Virus record (IMG/VR): IMGVR_UViG_3300032053_000079
Location: 1 to 60,327 of that record
DNA length: 60,327 bases
Origin: a virus
Lineage: Duplodnaviria > Caudoviricetes
Strand: one strand, 5' to 3'
The stretch's first letter is position 1; each line of letters starts with the position of its first letter. A program made the position numbers and the translations under genes. This document shows positions 9,563 through 19,951 of this stretch, in pieces. Below the pieces are notes generated by a model that was given only the letters and a program-made list of their open reading frames with translations, had not been told where the DNA came from and did no database searches.

Positions 9563-10141
9563 TTATCGTTCTTCTTCAATTAAATCATTTATGTTTGAAT
9601 CTTTGTTTATGGAGATAAATCCCTGTTGTTCTAATGATTTTAGAGATTGGAGTGTTTGTCTTATACTTTGTACTTGATTTACTTTTATCTCCTTCTGTTG
9701 TGTCTCTAAACGTTCTAGTGAGTTATTTAAAGTACGAATTGTATCATTTTGAGTTTTTACTGCATTAGAGATTTCTCTCATATATTCCATTAGTTTTACA
9801 TCTGGTATCTCTTTTTTGATTAATTCAAGTTTATCTAGTATTTGTTGCCTTGTTTCTTTGATTATTTTAAGGTTTTCCCTGCCTTCGTTTATTAATTTAA
9901 GTAATGTATCTTTGTAAAGTAAAGCATAATCTTGGTCTGTTTGCATAAATTCACGATGTCTGATAATCTGAGTAGATTCTATTCTTTTTACCATAGTTGC
10001 AGTTATTGGTCTTTTTGTATGACTTTTATTCTCAGAATTAAGTTGAGAGGCAATTTCTGAATCTGAAAGCCCCATATTTCTTAATTCCATTATTCTTTCA
10101 AGAACTTTTTTAGTCCTCCATACTTGACTAGTTTGACTCAT
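9563..10141 (-). CDS. HTH plus coiled-coil protein, candidate terminase small subunit
   Basis: N-terminal HTH (LRNMGLSDSEIASQL), long helical middle, TerS-like size; no TerS candidate sits beside TerL. Confidence 0.4.
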   Translation of the reverse strand: MSQTSQVWRTKKVLERIMELRNMGLSDSEIASQLNSENKSHTKRPITATMVKRIESTQIIRHREFMQTDQDYALLYKDTLLKLINEGRENLKIIKETRQQILDKLELIKKEIPDVKLMEYMREISNAVKTQNDTIRTLNNSLERLETQQKEIKVNQVQSIRQTLQSLKSLEQQGFISINKDSNINDLIEEER

Positions 10142-10680
10142 TTTATTGCCTCCAAATCTTTTTCTTCAATCCATCTATGTTCACTTTCTCCATAACTATT
10201 ATCAAATTCAAACCAATAAGATTTATCTTTTTTATCATAATCTGTCACCATTCCTTTTACTTCTCCAAAAAATTCTGATTTCCAAATTGCATTATCACCA
10301 AATTTAAATTTTAGTTTAGATACCATTATATTTTTTATCCATTTTAATTATTTCCTCTTTCTCCAAACTCTCTTATTTTTAATTCATCATTAGTCATTAA
10401 ATCATTCTCTTCTATATTAAAGAAATATTTAATAAAATTAATTATTGCTTGTTTTCCTTCTTCTGAATAAGTTATAGTATTTCCTGTAATCTGTTCCCAT
10501 AATTTATCTTGTGGTGTTTTATCTAAATTATCTATCTCTTTTATCCAATTAATAGCCTCTTCTCTTAAAAAATATGTGCTTGTAATTATATTATTATTTA
10601 CCTTTCCTTTTTCAAATTCTTTTATTAAATATTTTAAAGTTTCATTTTTCACATTTTCCAAATCTTTTAAAGTTTTTAAT

Positions 10681-10974
10681 TTATAGTTTTCCATATCTTT
10701 CCTCACTTTTAATTATTTTTTTAGTATTAATTTTAGCATAGTATAATTTAATTCTAGCACCTAGATTTCTTATATATACTTTATTTCTAAGTCTATTTAG
10801 TATTTTATGTAATGCAGGTGAACCACCTTTATTTGAACCAATACCTGTAAGTATTTTAATATCTCCAAGTAAAAGACCTTGTGGATTTTCTTTTAGGACT
10901 TTGTAAACTAACTCATTTTGCTCTTTATGAGTAAGAATCATTAATTTAATTGGGAATTTCTCACGAGTTATCAT
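10681..10974 (-). CDS. Winged-HTH-like protein
   Basis: VYKVLKENPQGLLLGDI...LHKILNRL pattern. Confidence 0.5.
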   Translation of the reverse strand: MITREKFPIKLMILTHKEQNELVYKVLKENPQGLLLGDIKILTGIGSNKGGSPALHKILNRLRNKVYIRNLGARIKLYYAKINTKKIIKSEERYGKL

Positions 10975-11141
10975 TTGTTCTCCTTTTGTCTTTTTAAATA
11001 GAAATATTCTTTCAATTTTCTTCTATCACAAACTTCGGCTAAACCCATTAATAATTCTTTCCAAGGAACTCCACATAATTTTTTTAATTCCTCTAATTTA
11101 TCATTTTCATTTCCTTCAAAAGATTCATTAATTGTTTTCAT
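10971..11141 (-). CDS. Ribbon-helix-helix-like protein (56 aa, probably leaderless)
   Basis: Translated by hand: MKTINESFEGNENDKLEELKKLCGVPWKELLM...; TATA box about 25 nt upstream. Confidence 0.55.
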   Translation of the reverse strand: MKTINESFEGNENDKLEELKKLCGVPWKELLMGLAEVCDRRKLKEYFYLKRQKENK

Positions 11142-11238
11142 AGAAGTAAGTAAGTAAGTAAGTATATAAATATTGTTATATTGTAGTATATATATTTTTT
11201 ATATAGTTACCATTAATAAATTACACAATTTAAGATAA

Positions 11239-14200
11239 CTAACAAGTAACATTTGTAATCAAACCTTTATTTATACCTATAACACAATTTCCAATAGTTA
11301 AATTACCAGTAATAGTGCTTCCTGCATAATAATCTAATTTGCTTGTAAAAGGATTATAAGTTGTATAAAAATTAATATTTGTAGTGTTTCCAACAGTAAA
11401 ATTATTTGTTACTAAAGAATTTAAAATATTTGAAACTGAATAACTTGTATAATTAGTATTCCCAGTTGTGTTATAAACAAAAGAATAAATACCTGCTGGA
11501 AAGATGTTTGTAAATGGATTTGATTGATTTACTCCAGATTGATATAAATTACAAGTTAATTGACTTGGACAAGAACTTCCTGTAATTGTTGAGTATGTAG
11601 ATGCTGGAATTGTCCATCCACTACTTGAATTTAAAGATAAAATATAACTTGAATTTTTATCTATTGTATAAGAATAACTAATTGTTTGATTAAAATTATT
11701 AGATGAATCATTAGCCAAGAAAGAATAATTAAATATTCCTGCACTTAATCCTATCAATGTTTTATAATAAACATTTGAAAGATTAGACATTGTATAATTT
11801 ATATTATTAAAACTTAAAATAGCTGTATCAACTTTTACATTGTCTATCCAAGTTATATTAAAATTAACATCTGAATAATACATTATTGGAGATGATGGAT
11901 TTACTGATATATTTGAATAAGTTGGTGGAACTGATTCTGTTATAATTATATTTATGTTTGAATTTCCTATGTTATTATTTGTATCATTACAAAATACATT
12001 AATTAAAACTGAACCTGCTGAAAAGTCTATTGTCCAATTTGTTGAATAATTTTGAGTTGATGAATTTACTCCATTATTTAAATTATACCAACATACACTA
12101 GGATTTAAGTCACTAGATGTATAATTGATTGAAGTTGGTCTGCTTCCATAAGTATATGTTGTTCCATTAACTGGATAAGTTATATTAACTAATGGAAGAA
12201 CATTATCTATTGTAATTAAAGTTATTCCAGCACTACTTATTAAATTCGGAGTATAAAAAGCATTACTTGTACTATTCCCAGCAAACATACTAAAATCTGG
12301 TAAAAGATTTGTTGTACTTGTACTCATATTCCAAACATTCCCATTAGCAGATAAATTCTGCCAAGTAGTATAATTCCAATTTGCCCTTCCTTTTACATAA
12401 AGTTCTTTTACTTCATCAGAAGATAAGCTTCTGTTAAATATCATTATTTCGTCTATTGAGTTGTTTGCATACATAGATAATCCTGCACTAGAATAACTTT
12501 TAACTCCAATAAAAGCATTATTTGAAATAGATAAATTTGAGAATAAACCATTATTTGCGCCAGTACCCACAGAAAGAGTTTTTGAAACTCCATCTAAATA
12601 AATAGTATAATTAGTTCCATTTGCAGTAACAATTACCTGATGCCATTGATTATTAAATAATTCAGTTCTTGTTGCACTAGTATAACCAACTCTATTTCCA
12701 ACAGAACCATCATCTCTTGCAATTGTAATTAATTCATTTGTTAAAGTTCCTGTTACTCCATCTCCAATAAAAACTGCAAATAAATAAGTTCCTGAATAAT
12801 TACCAACACTAAATAAAGTTTGAGAAGTATCTGAACTAGATTTAACCCAGAAACCTAATGAACCCTGAGAATAATTTAAATTACTTGATGAAGATGTTAA
12901 ATTAACATACCCATTCACTCCATCAAAACTTCCCCCTCTAAAATAAACCCCATTTGTTGTAGTATTCGCCCTTCCTGTTGAATTCTGAGCAGTCCCATTA
13001 TTCCTTCCCATTGCATCTTTAACTTCTCCAGTAGTCCCATTCCAAGATGCTTCATCAAAATGATAATAACTAACTAAACCATTAGTCAAACTATTTGATT
13101 GATTATAAACAACAGCAGTATCTGTTCCTGAATTATTTCCTTTTTTATCTTTTGAGTTTCCATTGTCAAATCCCCACCAGGAAACAAGAGAAGCATCATC
13201 ATAATATGAAATATCTCTGCCTTGAGAATAGATATTTGCAATTTCGCTGCTAGACAGCGACTTATTCCATATCATTACTTCGTCGATGGAGCCGTTGAAA
13301 TAAGCTTTCTTTATGGCCTTTCCAATCGTTAAAGACCAGGTATTTGTAATATCACCAATAGAACTTAAATTAATTGCAGAATAATTTATTGCATCAACAT
13401 AAGTTTTTAATATATCTCCATTAAGGTCTATTGTTCCAACAAGATAATGCCAATTACTATCATTTATTGAAGGAGTTCCTGTTGTTGCACTCCAACCAGA
13501 ATTATTTCCTCCAGTATCTTCAACAAATGCATAAGGTTTACCATTAGCATCTAGAAATAAGCCAAATCCTTGTTTACCACTTCCAATCGAACCTCCTACA
13601 ATTTTATCAATAATATCTTTATTTGGTTGGAAACTTTTTACCCAGACACTGATTGTAACTTGATTAGTAATATTCAAACTACTTCCACTTCCCACATCAA
13701 CATAACTACTAGTATTAAACTCCGCCCAATGTGTCCCTAAATCATAATCCTTATATGCACTTCCCCCTACAGACGACCCACTACCAACTACACACGAACC
13801 TGCATCCCAAGCTCCTAATCTCGCACTTATATTGCTTCCAAAAAAAGCATTAAAAGATGTAGATAAATTAACCTGATTATATCCACTTGTTATATTTACT
13901 TGTTTTATTGTCTGAGTTCCTTGTGATTTAAATCTCTTGGATTGATTATTATAAATATCTGAAATCTGTGATGAATTTAATGCAGTGTTGAATATCATTA
14001 CTTCGTCGATGGAGCCGTTGAACTTATAACTTGTAGTTGTTCCAATACCAATTACAAAATTAGATGTTGATAAAGTTCCATTATCCATAGTAATATCTTT
14101 TGTTCCTGCATTTAATCCATTAACATACATAGTCATATTACCAGTTCTATTACCAATAACTATTACATTATACCATAAATTATTTGGACTTAATGCATAA

Positions 14201-15984
14201 TTTATATCTCTCATTCCTGATGCAGTTCCACTTCCCTTTATTCTAGCAGTTAAAATATTACCAATCTGAAATAACCAAAGCCCAGATGTTTCGCTATCAA
14301 CATAAGTTCCCATTATTCCCTCAAGGCTTGTAGAATTAGTTTTATACCAAACACTTAGACTAAAATCAGATGCTCCAATTAATGTATTTACAGTCTTTCC
14401 AGTATTTATATAATTAACAATACCTGTAAATTGATAGCATCCCCCATAAACACAAGTATTATTCCAGGTCGTATTAGTCAGCGTCCCATCATTATTATTC
14501 TTTGAATAATCATAAGTTACATTGTTTGCAGTATTTTCCTGAACATCAAAAGGATAATATGCAACTAAACCAAAATTATCATAGCCATATTGTGTTCCAT
14601 TTACAAATGTTCCATTGTTTGGTCCTATTGTATCCTGTGCAACAGAAATATTTGTATTATCAAATCTCCAGGCACTTACAAGTGAAGTATCTGTATAAGT
14701 TGTATCTTTTCTTCCTAGATTATATAATGAAGTTACTTCTGTTGAATTTAATGAACGATTGAGGATTAGGATGTTGTCGAGGGAGCCGTTGACAAACCAT
14801 GAATTAGCAGAAGTACTAAAATATAACTTTGTTCCAGTATATGCACCTACACCCTCTGTATTTCGATAATAACCAATAGGAACTCCGTTTCTATAAAATG
14901 TTTGATTAAAAATATCTCCAGAAACATTAGTAACTAAAGTATAATGATTCCAACTTCTAATTATACCTGCTCCAGTTATTGGGAATGCTCTTTGTGAACC
15001 TGTGCTATTAATGTGAGAACACTGAAAAATTGTTCCTGTATTAAAACCCATATAAAATTGACTTGATTGGTCTGAATAAAGAATCATCTGATAAGATGAA
15101 CTTGAACCATGATTTGTCCAAAAAGACACTGTAAATGATTCATTAAAATTAGTTACTTTATTGTTTATAGTAACATAACCGCTGCTTCCATCAAAACTTC
15201 CATAACTATTATCATCATCTTGAAAATAAGGCAATTGAGCCTCCCGAGTTGTATAATTAAATCCTCTCCAAGGAGAAGATGTGTCGCCGATTATGTCTAA
15301 GTGACTAAAATTAGCTTCTACAGTTACATTTGTTAAAATAGCTTCAGAAAAAGTAGTAAATGCAGAAATTATATAAGTACTATTGCTCCCTAGTTTTATT
15401 TCATCAACTAAATAAGGATTTTCTATTAATTCAATGCAATTACTTGTTTTACTATCTTTATCAATTACTAGTTTAACTTCTATTTGACTATCTACTTTAG
15501 ATTTAAATGAATCAGTCTTGCTTGATTTAATAGTTGTTGGAACTTTATAATTTTCATATTCTTTTTCTTTTTGTAATTCTTTTAATTTTTCATCAGTAAG
15601 ACAATAATCTATTCTTATATTTTGACCATCTAAATGAGTAAAACTTACATCATAATAAGAATCTATGCCTGTTTGAGAACTAACTATAAACTCTCCTGTT
15701 TTATATTCTTGCTGTCCGAAGTCTAAAGGTATTGTTATTTTATTAGAAATTGGTTTTTCTATATAATCCTTTAACTTAATCCAATTCGAACAATCAACAT
15801 ATCCTTTATTATCTAAAAGATTAGGATAACAACGATTTCCAGAACTAGAAAATCTAAGACATTCCATAACTATTCCTTTTTCTTGACAAAAATGAGTTTT
15901 ATCAGAAATTTGGTAACCAATTCCAGTTAGAATTATAATTAAAGAGATTATTCCCAAACCAATCCAAGCTTTTGAATCAACCAT
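11239..15984 (-). CDS. Large membrane-anchored protein with four LamG/concanavalin-like domains and Ig-like C-terminal modules (about 1581 aa)
   Basis: Likely start ATG 15984 (MVDSKAWIGLG, TM). Four NGS(I/L)D(E/N)-type LamG motifs, GLV(A/S)YYxFD motifs, many N-x-S/T sequons. Confidence 0.85.
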   Translation of the reverse strand: MVDSKAWIGLGIISLIIILTGIGYQISDKTHFCQEKGIVMECLRFSSSGNRCYPNLLDNKGYVDCSNWIKLKDYIEKPISNKITIPLDFGQQEYKTGEFIVSSQTGIDSYYDVSFTHLDGQNIRIDYCLTDEKLKELQKEKEYENYKVPTTIKSSKTDSFKSKVDSQIEVKLVIDKDSKTSNCIELIENPYLVDEIKLGSNSTYIISAFTTFSEAILTNVTVEANFSHLDIIGDTSSPWRGFNYTTREAQLPYFQDDDNSYGSFDGSSGYVTINNKVTNFNESFTVSFWTNHGSSSSYQMILYSDQSSQFYMGFNTGTIFQCSHINSTGSQRAFPITGAGIIRSWNHYTLVTNVSGDIFNQTFYRNGVPIGYYRNTEGVGAYTGTKLYFSTSANSWFVNGSLDNILILNRSLNSTEVTSLYNLGRKDTTYTDTSLVSAWRFDNTNISVAQDTIGPNNGTFVNGTQYGYDNFGLVAYYPFDVQENTANNVTYDYSKNNNDGTLTNTTWNNTCVYGGCYQFTGIVNYINTGKTVNTLIGASDFSLSVWYKTNSTSLEGIMGTYVDSETSGLWLFQIGNILTARIKGSGTASGMRDINYALSPNNLWYNVIVIGNRTGNMTMYVNGLNAGTKDITMDNGTLSTSNFVIGIGTTTSYKFNGSIDEVMIFNTALNSSQISDIYNNQSKRFKSQGTQTIKQVNITSGYNQVNLSTSFNAFFGSNISARLGAWDAGSCVVGSGSSVGGSAYKDYDLGTHWAEFNTSSYVDVGSGSSLNITNQVTISVWVKSFQPNKDIIDKIVGGSIGSGKQGFGLFLDANGKPYAFVEDTGGNNSGWSATTGTPSINDSNWHYLVGTIDLNGDILKTYVDAINYSAINLSSIGDITNTWSLTIGKAIKKAYFNGSIDEVMIWNKSLSSSEIANIYSQGRDISYYDDASLVSWWGFDNGNSKDKKGNNSGTDTAVVYNQSNSLTNGLVSYYHFDEASWNGTTGEVKDAMGRNNGTAQNSTGRANTTTNGVYFRGGSFDGVNGYVNLTSSSSNLNYSQGSLGFWVKSSSDTSQTLFSVGNYSGTYLFAVFIGDGVTGTLTNELITIARDDGSVGNRVGYTSATRTELFNNQWHQVIVTANGTNYTIYLDGVSKTLSVGTGANNGLFSNLSISNNAFIGVKSYSSAGLSMYANNSIDEIMIFNRSLSSDEVKELYVKGRANWNYTTWQNLSANGNVWNMSTSTTNLLPDFSMFAGNSTSNAFYTPNLISSAGITLITIDNVLPLVNITYPVNGTTYTYGSRPTSINYTSSDLNPSVCWYNLNNGVNSSTQNYSTNWTIDFSAGSVLINVFCNDTNNNIGNSNINIIITESVPPTYSNISVNPSSPIMYYSDVNFNITWIDNVKVDTAILSFNNINYTMSNLSNVYYKTLIGLSAGIFNYSFLANDSSNNFNQTISYSYTIDKNSSYILSLNSSSGWTIPASTYSTITGSSCPSQLTCNLYQSGVNQSNPFTNIFPAGIYSFVYNTTGNTNYTSYSVSNILNSLVTNNFTVGNTTNINFYTTYNPFTSKLDYYAGSTITGNLTIGNCVIGINKGLITNVTC
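13269..14022. repeat. Exact 31-bp direct repeat (13269-13299 and 13992-14022); partial third copy at 14776-14792
   Basis: ATATCATTACTTCGTCGATGGAGCCGTTGAA occurs twice; GTCGAGGGAGCCGTTGA occurs once. Confidence 0.95.
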
Positions 15985-16855
15985 AAATATATCCTGACTC
16001 TCGTAATTCCCACGAATTGTCAAAATTAGTATTAGAATCTGCAAAATTAACAGCTGTTGTTTGTCCTGTAGAATTATTTGTAAATTTCTTAATCTGCCAA
16101 ACTAGACTAGAATCTGCACTTCCAGGCACTGCCAAACCTACATAAATAACAAATCCATTAGAATCATAAGCAATTCTTTGAATATAAGTATCTAATAAAT
16201 TAGTTGAATTTACTGTTCCATCGACCGTAATTGTATTTCCTCCATCTTGAATATTAACTGCACTTGCACCGTTTGAATTATTAATTGTAACATCACCTAT
16301 GTCTGTTCCACTAACTAACTTAGTATTTATACTTGCTAAATTTCCCCCAGTTTCTAAAGCCAAAGTAGAAGTATTAAGATTTGTTCCTGCATTAGCAGTT
16401 ACAGTCCCAGTTATAGAAGGTAAAGTTGTTACAGTTCCTACATTTACTGCATCATCAGTAGTATTTAGATGTCTTATATCTAAATGAGTTGCACTAACAT
16501 TTGCATTTAAATTACTAGCAGTAGATTGTTTTACTTCAACAGAATCACTTACACTTGTTAGATCTCTAATATCTAAATTAGTAGCAGTTATTCCTTCACC
16601 ATCAAGTGTAACTTTTACATCGTTAGTTTGAGTTCCAGCAGAGATATTATTAATATCTACATCTTGAACTATTACATTTCCACTTAAAGTAATTTCAGTA
16701 TCTACAGGAAGTGGATTGCTTGAATTAATTACATTACCTGAATCATCTACTAAAATAATTCTTTTTGCTAAAGCTGTTAGAGAATCTTGGTTTGCTTCTT
16801 GTAAATCTAAATCTACAGTTGAACCGTCATTTCTCTTTATTAATCCTCGTGACAT
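15977..16855 (-). CDS. Probable virion fibre/decoration-type protein
   Basis: Thr/Asn/Val-rich repeats (LDIRxL twice) and C-terminal YDSNGFVIYVG...WQIKK domain; own BRE/TATA about 25 nt upstream. Confidence 0.5.
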   Translation of the reverse strand: MSRGLIKRNDGSTVDLDLQEANQDSLTALAKRIILVDDSGNVINSSNPLPVDTEITLSGNVIVQDVDINNISAGTQTNDVKVTLDGEGITATNLDIRDLTSVSDSVEVKQSTASNLNANVSATHLDIRHLNTTDDAVNVGTVTTLPSITGTVTANAGTNLNTSTLALETGGNLASINTKLVSGTDIGDVTINNSNGASAVNIQDGGNTITVDGTVNSTNLLDTYIQRIAYDSNGFVIYVGLAVPGSADSSLVWQIKKFTNNSTGQTTAVNFADSNTNFDNSWELRESGYIYG

Positions 16856-17626
16856 AGAATTATATAGAAATCAAACTTATTAAAACTTTTGTTTATCCTA
16901 AATAAGAAGGTTTTGGAGTATTTAAAGCAATAGATAAATTAGTCCTCACAAAATGGTTTATATCGTCTTGAATTTGTCCAAGTAAACCTAAACAATTCAA
17001 AGGACTTATATTTGAAAATTTGATTGATTCTCCTATTAATATATTTAAAAAAAGAATACGATTTGGTTCATCAAAGTATTTAAAGTTATCAAAAATCTTA
17101 GAATATTCTCTTTCTAATGATTTCCAAACTAATTGAGGTGTTTCTATTTTTTCTTTCTTAATTTCTTTTTTCTTTTTCATATTAAAACACATGCCTTTAT
17201 AATTTTATAATATTCTGGTTCTTTAAAATAATCAAATGTCTTAAATCTCAAAATATGAACAAGATAAAAAAATCCAATTATTGTATTAAATGTCGGTAGT
17301 TCTTGATATTTCTTTTTCAAATTTCTAATTCTCCAGTTTTTATTAATTTTATTTCTTTAAGATTTGGAATAATAATTTCAATTACTTTATCGTTAGGTTC
17401 TATATCAAAAGAATAATTATTATAATCTCTTGTTTTTATTTCTGTTCCTTTCATAGAGTAAGAAGTTGCCTTTAAATAAGAATCTTGAATATTTCTTAAC
17501 TTACTTTCTATCTGGTTCTTTTCTTTACTTAAAAAAGTCAATTCAAGTCCGTCTATTCTTAAAGTAAAAAAATAGTGTTTAATTTTAGGTTTATCTAATT
17601 CAATTAATTTTTCTCTTTCTTTATCT

Positions 17627-17914
17627 CTATTTAACCAACTCATTTTTTATTTCTGTTTTTCTTTGGCAATTTGGACAAGTTACAAAATTAGGATTAGCTC
17701 CTTTATAAATCCAAGAATAATTACATTTATCGCATTTTATTTTTGTTGGTTTAGTTAATTTAATATTAAGAACTCTTTTTATTGAATGTATTTTTGTATG
17801 GCAAGATGAACAAATATTTAAAATTATTTTATTCTCATAATCTATATGATGTTCTTGAAGTTTTTTTTCTTCCCCACAAAGTTGACATATCCCCATTTTA
17901 GTGGTAATTACCAC
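17627..17914 (-). CDS. HNH-like domain plus zinc ribbon
   Basis: CxxC...HHIDY...CxxCH, then CxxC...CxxC. Confidence 0.7.
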   Translation of the reverse strand: MVITTKMGICQLCGEEKKLQEHHIDYENKIILNICSSCHTKIHSIKRVLNIKLTKPTKIKCDKCNYSWIYKGANPNFVTCPNCQRKTEIKNELVK

Positions 17915-17974
17915 TACTATATAAATCTTTATAACTACTTTAAAATAATGAAAAAATAAAAATAAATTAACTAT

Positions 17975-18049
17975 TTAATCTTCATCAAGGACATCTTCAT
18001 CATCAAAATCCTCTAAGTCATCCTTATCTGTATCTTCTTGTTCTGACAT
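17975..18049 (-). CDS. 24-aa very acidic peptide
   Basis: SD GGAGGT, then MSEQEDTDKDDLEDFDDEDVLDED, then a T-rich terminator. Confidence 0.55.
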   Translation of the reverse strand: MSEQEDTDKDDLEDFDDEDVLDED

Positions 18050-18068
18050 TTTTATTACCTCCATTTAG

Positions 18069-18530
18069 TCACCAACAATAGTTTCTATAATAAATTTTGT
18101 AGTTTTTATAACTTTCTGTATCAATAAAATAACCACTTGTTGCTTCAATAGGAAATTCCTGTCCATTTATTTCAACTATTGTCCAAGTATGGTCAGGATA
18201 ATTTGTTTCTCCTAAGTATCTTCCTGCCTCGCATCTCGCCTTAAATCCTTTTTCTTTTAACTTTTTAACAAGGTTTTCACTAAATTGAGTGCAATCATAA
18301 ACATGAAGTTCATAAACCCTTTCATTTGCATTTTCTTCTAAAATAGGCATTAATTCTAATTGAATTTTATAAGTATCTGAAATAATGTAATCTGGTTCAA
18401 ATTTAATTGGTTCTTGATAAGTTTGGTTTAAATAAGTAAAAGAATATGAAGTAATTGGTTGAATATTTGAAATATATATTAGAAAACATAGTATTACAAT
18501 AGATAATAGTAAACAGATATTAGTTTTCAT
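18069..18530 (-). CDS. Membrane-anchored transglutaminase-like cysteine protease
   Basis: N-terminal TM; YDCTQFS (Cys), DHTW (His), IEAT (acidic) triad pattern. Confidence 0.7.
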   Translation of the reverse strand: MKTNICLLLSIVILCFLIYISNIQPITSYSFTYLNQTYQEPIKFEPDYIISDTYKIQLELMPILEENANERVYELHVYDCTQFSENLVKKLKEKGFKARCEAGRYLGETNYPDHTWTIVEINGQEFPIEATSGYFIDTESYKNYKIYYRNYCW

Positions 18531-18641
18531 TTTTTCTTTTTACAAGATTCGCAAATATAACTGAATTGTCCATTAGGAACATAATACTTATGACATTTTT
18601 TGCAAGGTCTTTTAAGAGTTGTTGAATGTGCTGACATTTTT

Positions 18642-19259
18642 TTATTCCACTTTTTTAGGAACGATATTTCCACTTTTTGATTTAAGTATCTCTTTATTAT
18701 CTCTTTTAGTATCACAATTTTCTATATAGTCTATTATATATTTCTTATAACTACTATCAAAACAGATAGTTTCATTCTTTTCTAAATTAAGAACAGAACT
18801 ACCAGATTCATCACCACAATAATTTAAAACATTCTTTTTAACAGTAGAACCATTTATAAAACTGTCAAAAGTAACTCTTTTATAAAAAATAACAGTTATC
18901 TTACTTGAAATGAATTTCTTGAAATTATCTGGGGTTCCTACTAAAACTAAAACATTATTATTATGATTAATTAGTCTAAGTGTATTTTCTATTTGTTTCT
19001 TTCTTTTCCTGTCATCTAAATCAAATAAACTCTGAAATTCGTCTATAAATATTATAGATTCTTTAATCTTTTCTAATTCCTCTATTGTATAAAATTTATT
19101 TGATTCTATGTTTGCTTTAAGTCCATAAGTAGATAAATTAAAATCAAACTCTTTTTTAAGTTCATTAATTAGATAATAAACTAAATTACTCTTAGCCTCA
19201 TTTACATCTCCAATTATTGATATTATTTTTGGATCCTTGAAATATTTTGTTATTTTCAT
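18642..19259 (-). CDS. P-loop ATPase
   Basis: Degenerate Walker A (IIGDVNEAKS) and Walker B (IIFIDE). Confidence 0.7.
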   Translation of the reverse strand: MKITKYFKDPKIISIIGDVNEAKSNLVYYLINELKKEFDFNLSTYGLKANIESNKFYTIEELEKIKESIIFIDEFQSLFDLDDRKRKKQIENTLRLINHNNNVLVLVGTPDNFKKFISSKITVIFYKRVTFDSFINGSTVKKNVLNYCGDESGSSVLNLEKNETICFDSSYKKYIIDYIENCDTKRDNKEILKSKSGNIVPKKVE

Positions 19260-19807
19260 ATTAAATTGTCCATATCTTCTTTAAAACATTGTTTAGCATA
19301 TTCCAAAAACTCGTCTGGATAGTAATCGTTTACATCTTGGTAAGTTGCATGAGCTGGAAAGCCCTCTTTGTTTTCTTTAAAAAACTCTTTAAGTAACTCG
19401 TCTTTATTACTACTTAGCCAATCTTCAAAATAATTTTCATCATAAGTTTTCATTTTTATCTTTCCTCATACCATTTGACTGCTCTATCTAATTCTTCTTC
19501 TTGTTTTTCTTCAGAAAGAGAATAAAACCATTTATAATATTTCTTCATTTCTCTGTCCATAAATTCGCTGAATGTTAATTTTTCTAAATTATCTGTCATA
19601 TTAAATCTTTCTTTGTAAGTTTATTTTTTAATAGTCTATCCCATCTATTTTCATAAAAAGAAGAACTATCAGAAGTTGGTGCATAATTTTTTAGAAACTC
19701 TAAGGCATTTTGTAAATCCTCTTTATTGAAATCTCCTTCTAAATCATCTAAAAATTCTTTTAATTCCTCTATTAACATATTTTCTGAATAATTGTAAGTT
19801 CCCATTT

Positions 19808-19951
19808 TTAATTAATTTCATCAACATCAATAATATTTAAAGAGTAACTACCATCTTTAATATACTGCTTTGCTTCTTTCAAAGCTTCTTCTTCTGATTT
19901 TGCTTCAATTCCTGAAATATCTAAATCAACACTTATAAAATATCTTTTCAT
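19808..19951 (-). CDS. Small protein (47 aa) whose start codon is the element insertion site
   Basis: Translated by hand: MKRYFISVDLDISGIEAKSEEEALKEAKQYIKDG...; lacks an adjacent SD, which instead lies at 21006-21011. Confidence 0.6.
   Translation of the reverse strand: MKRYFISVDLDISGIEAKSEEEALKEAKQYIKDGSYSLNIIDVDEIN

Noticed and set aside
11144-11163. (AAGT)5 microsatellite between a TATA box and start codon
   Set aside because: Short low-complexity run; phase variation cannot be supported without reads.
11239-15984. Diversity-generating retroelement acting on the adhesins
   Set aside because: No reverse transcriptase, and no repeat pair differing only at adenines was seen; the repeats found are short and exact.
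15985-16044. ORF-track 5' extensions (also 1306, 2151, 24749, 25359, 37300, 40793, 52519)
   Set aside because: Downstream starts fit SD or TATA spacing, stop-start coupling and signal-peptide position better.
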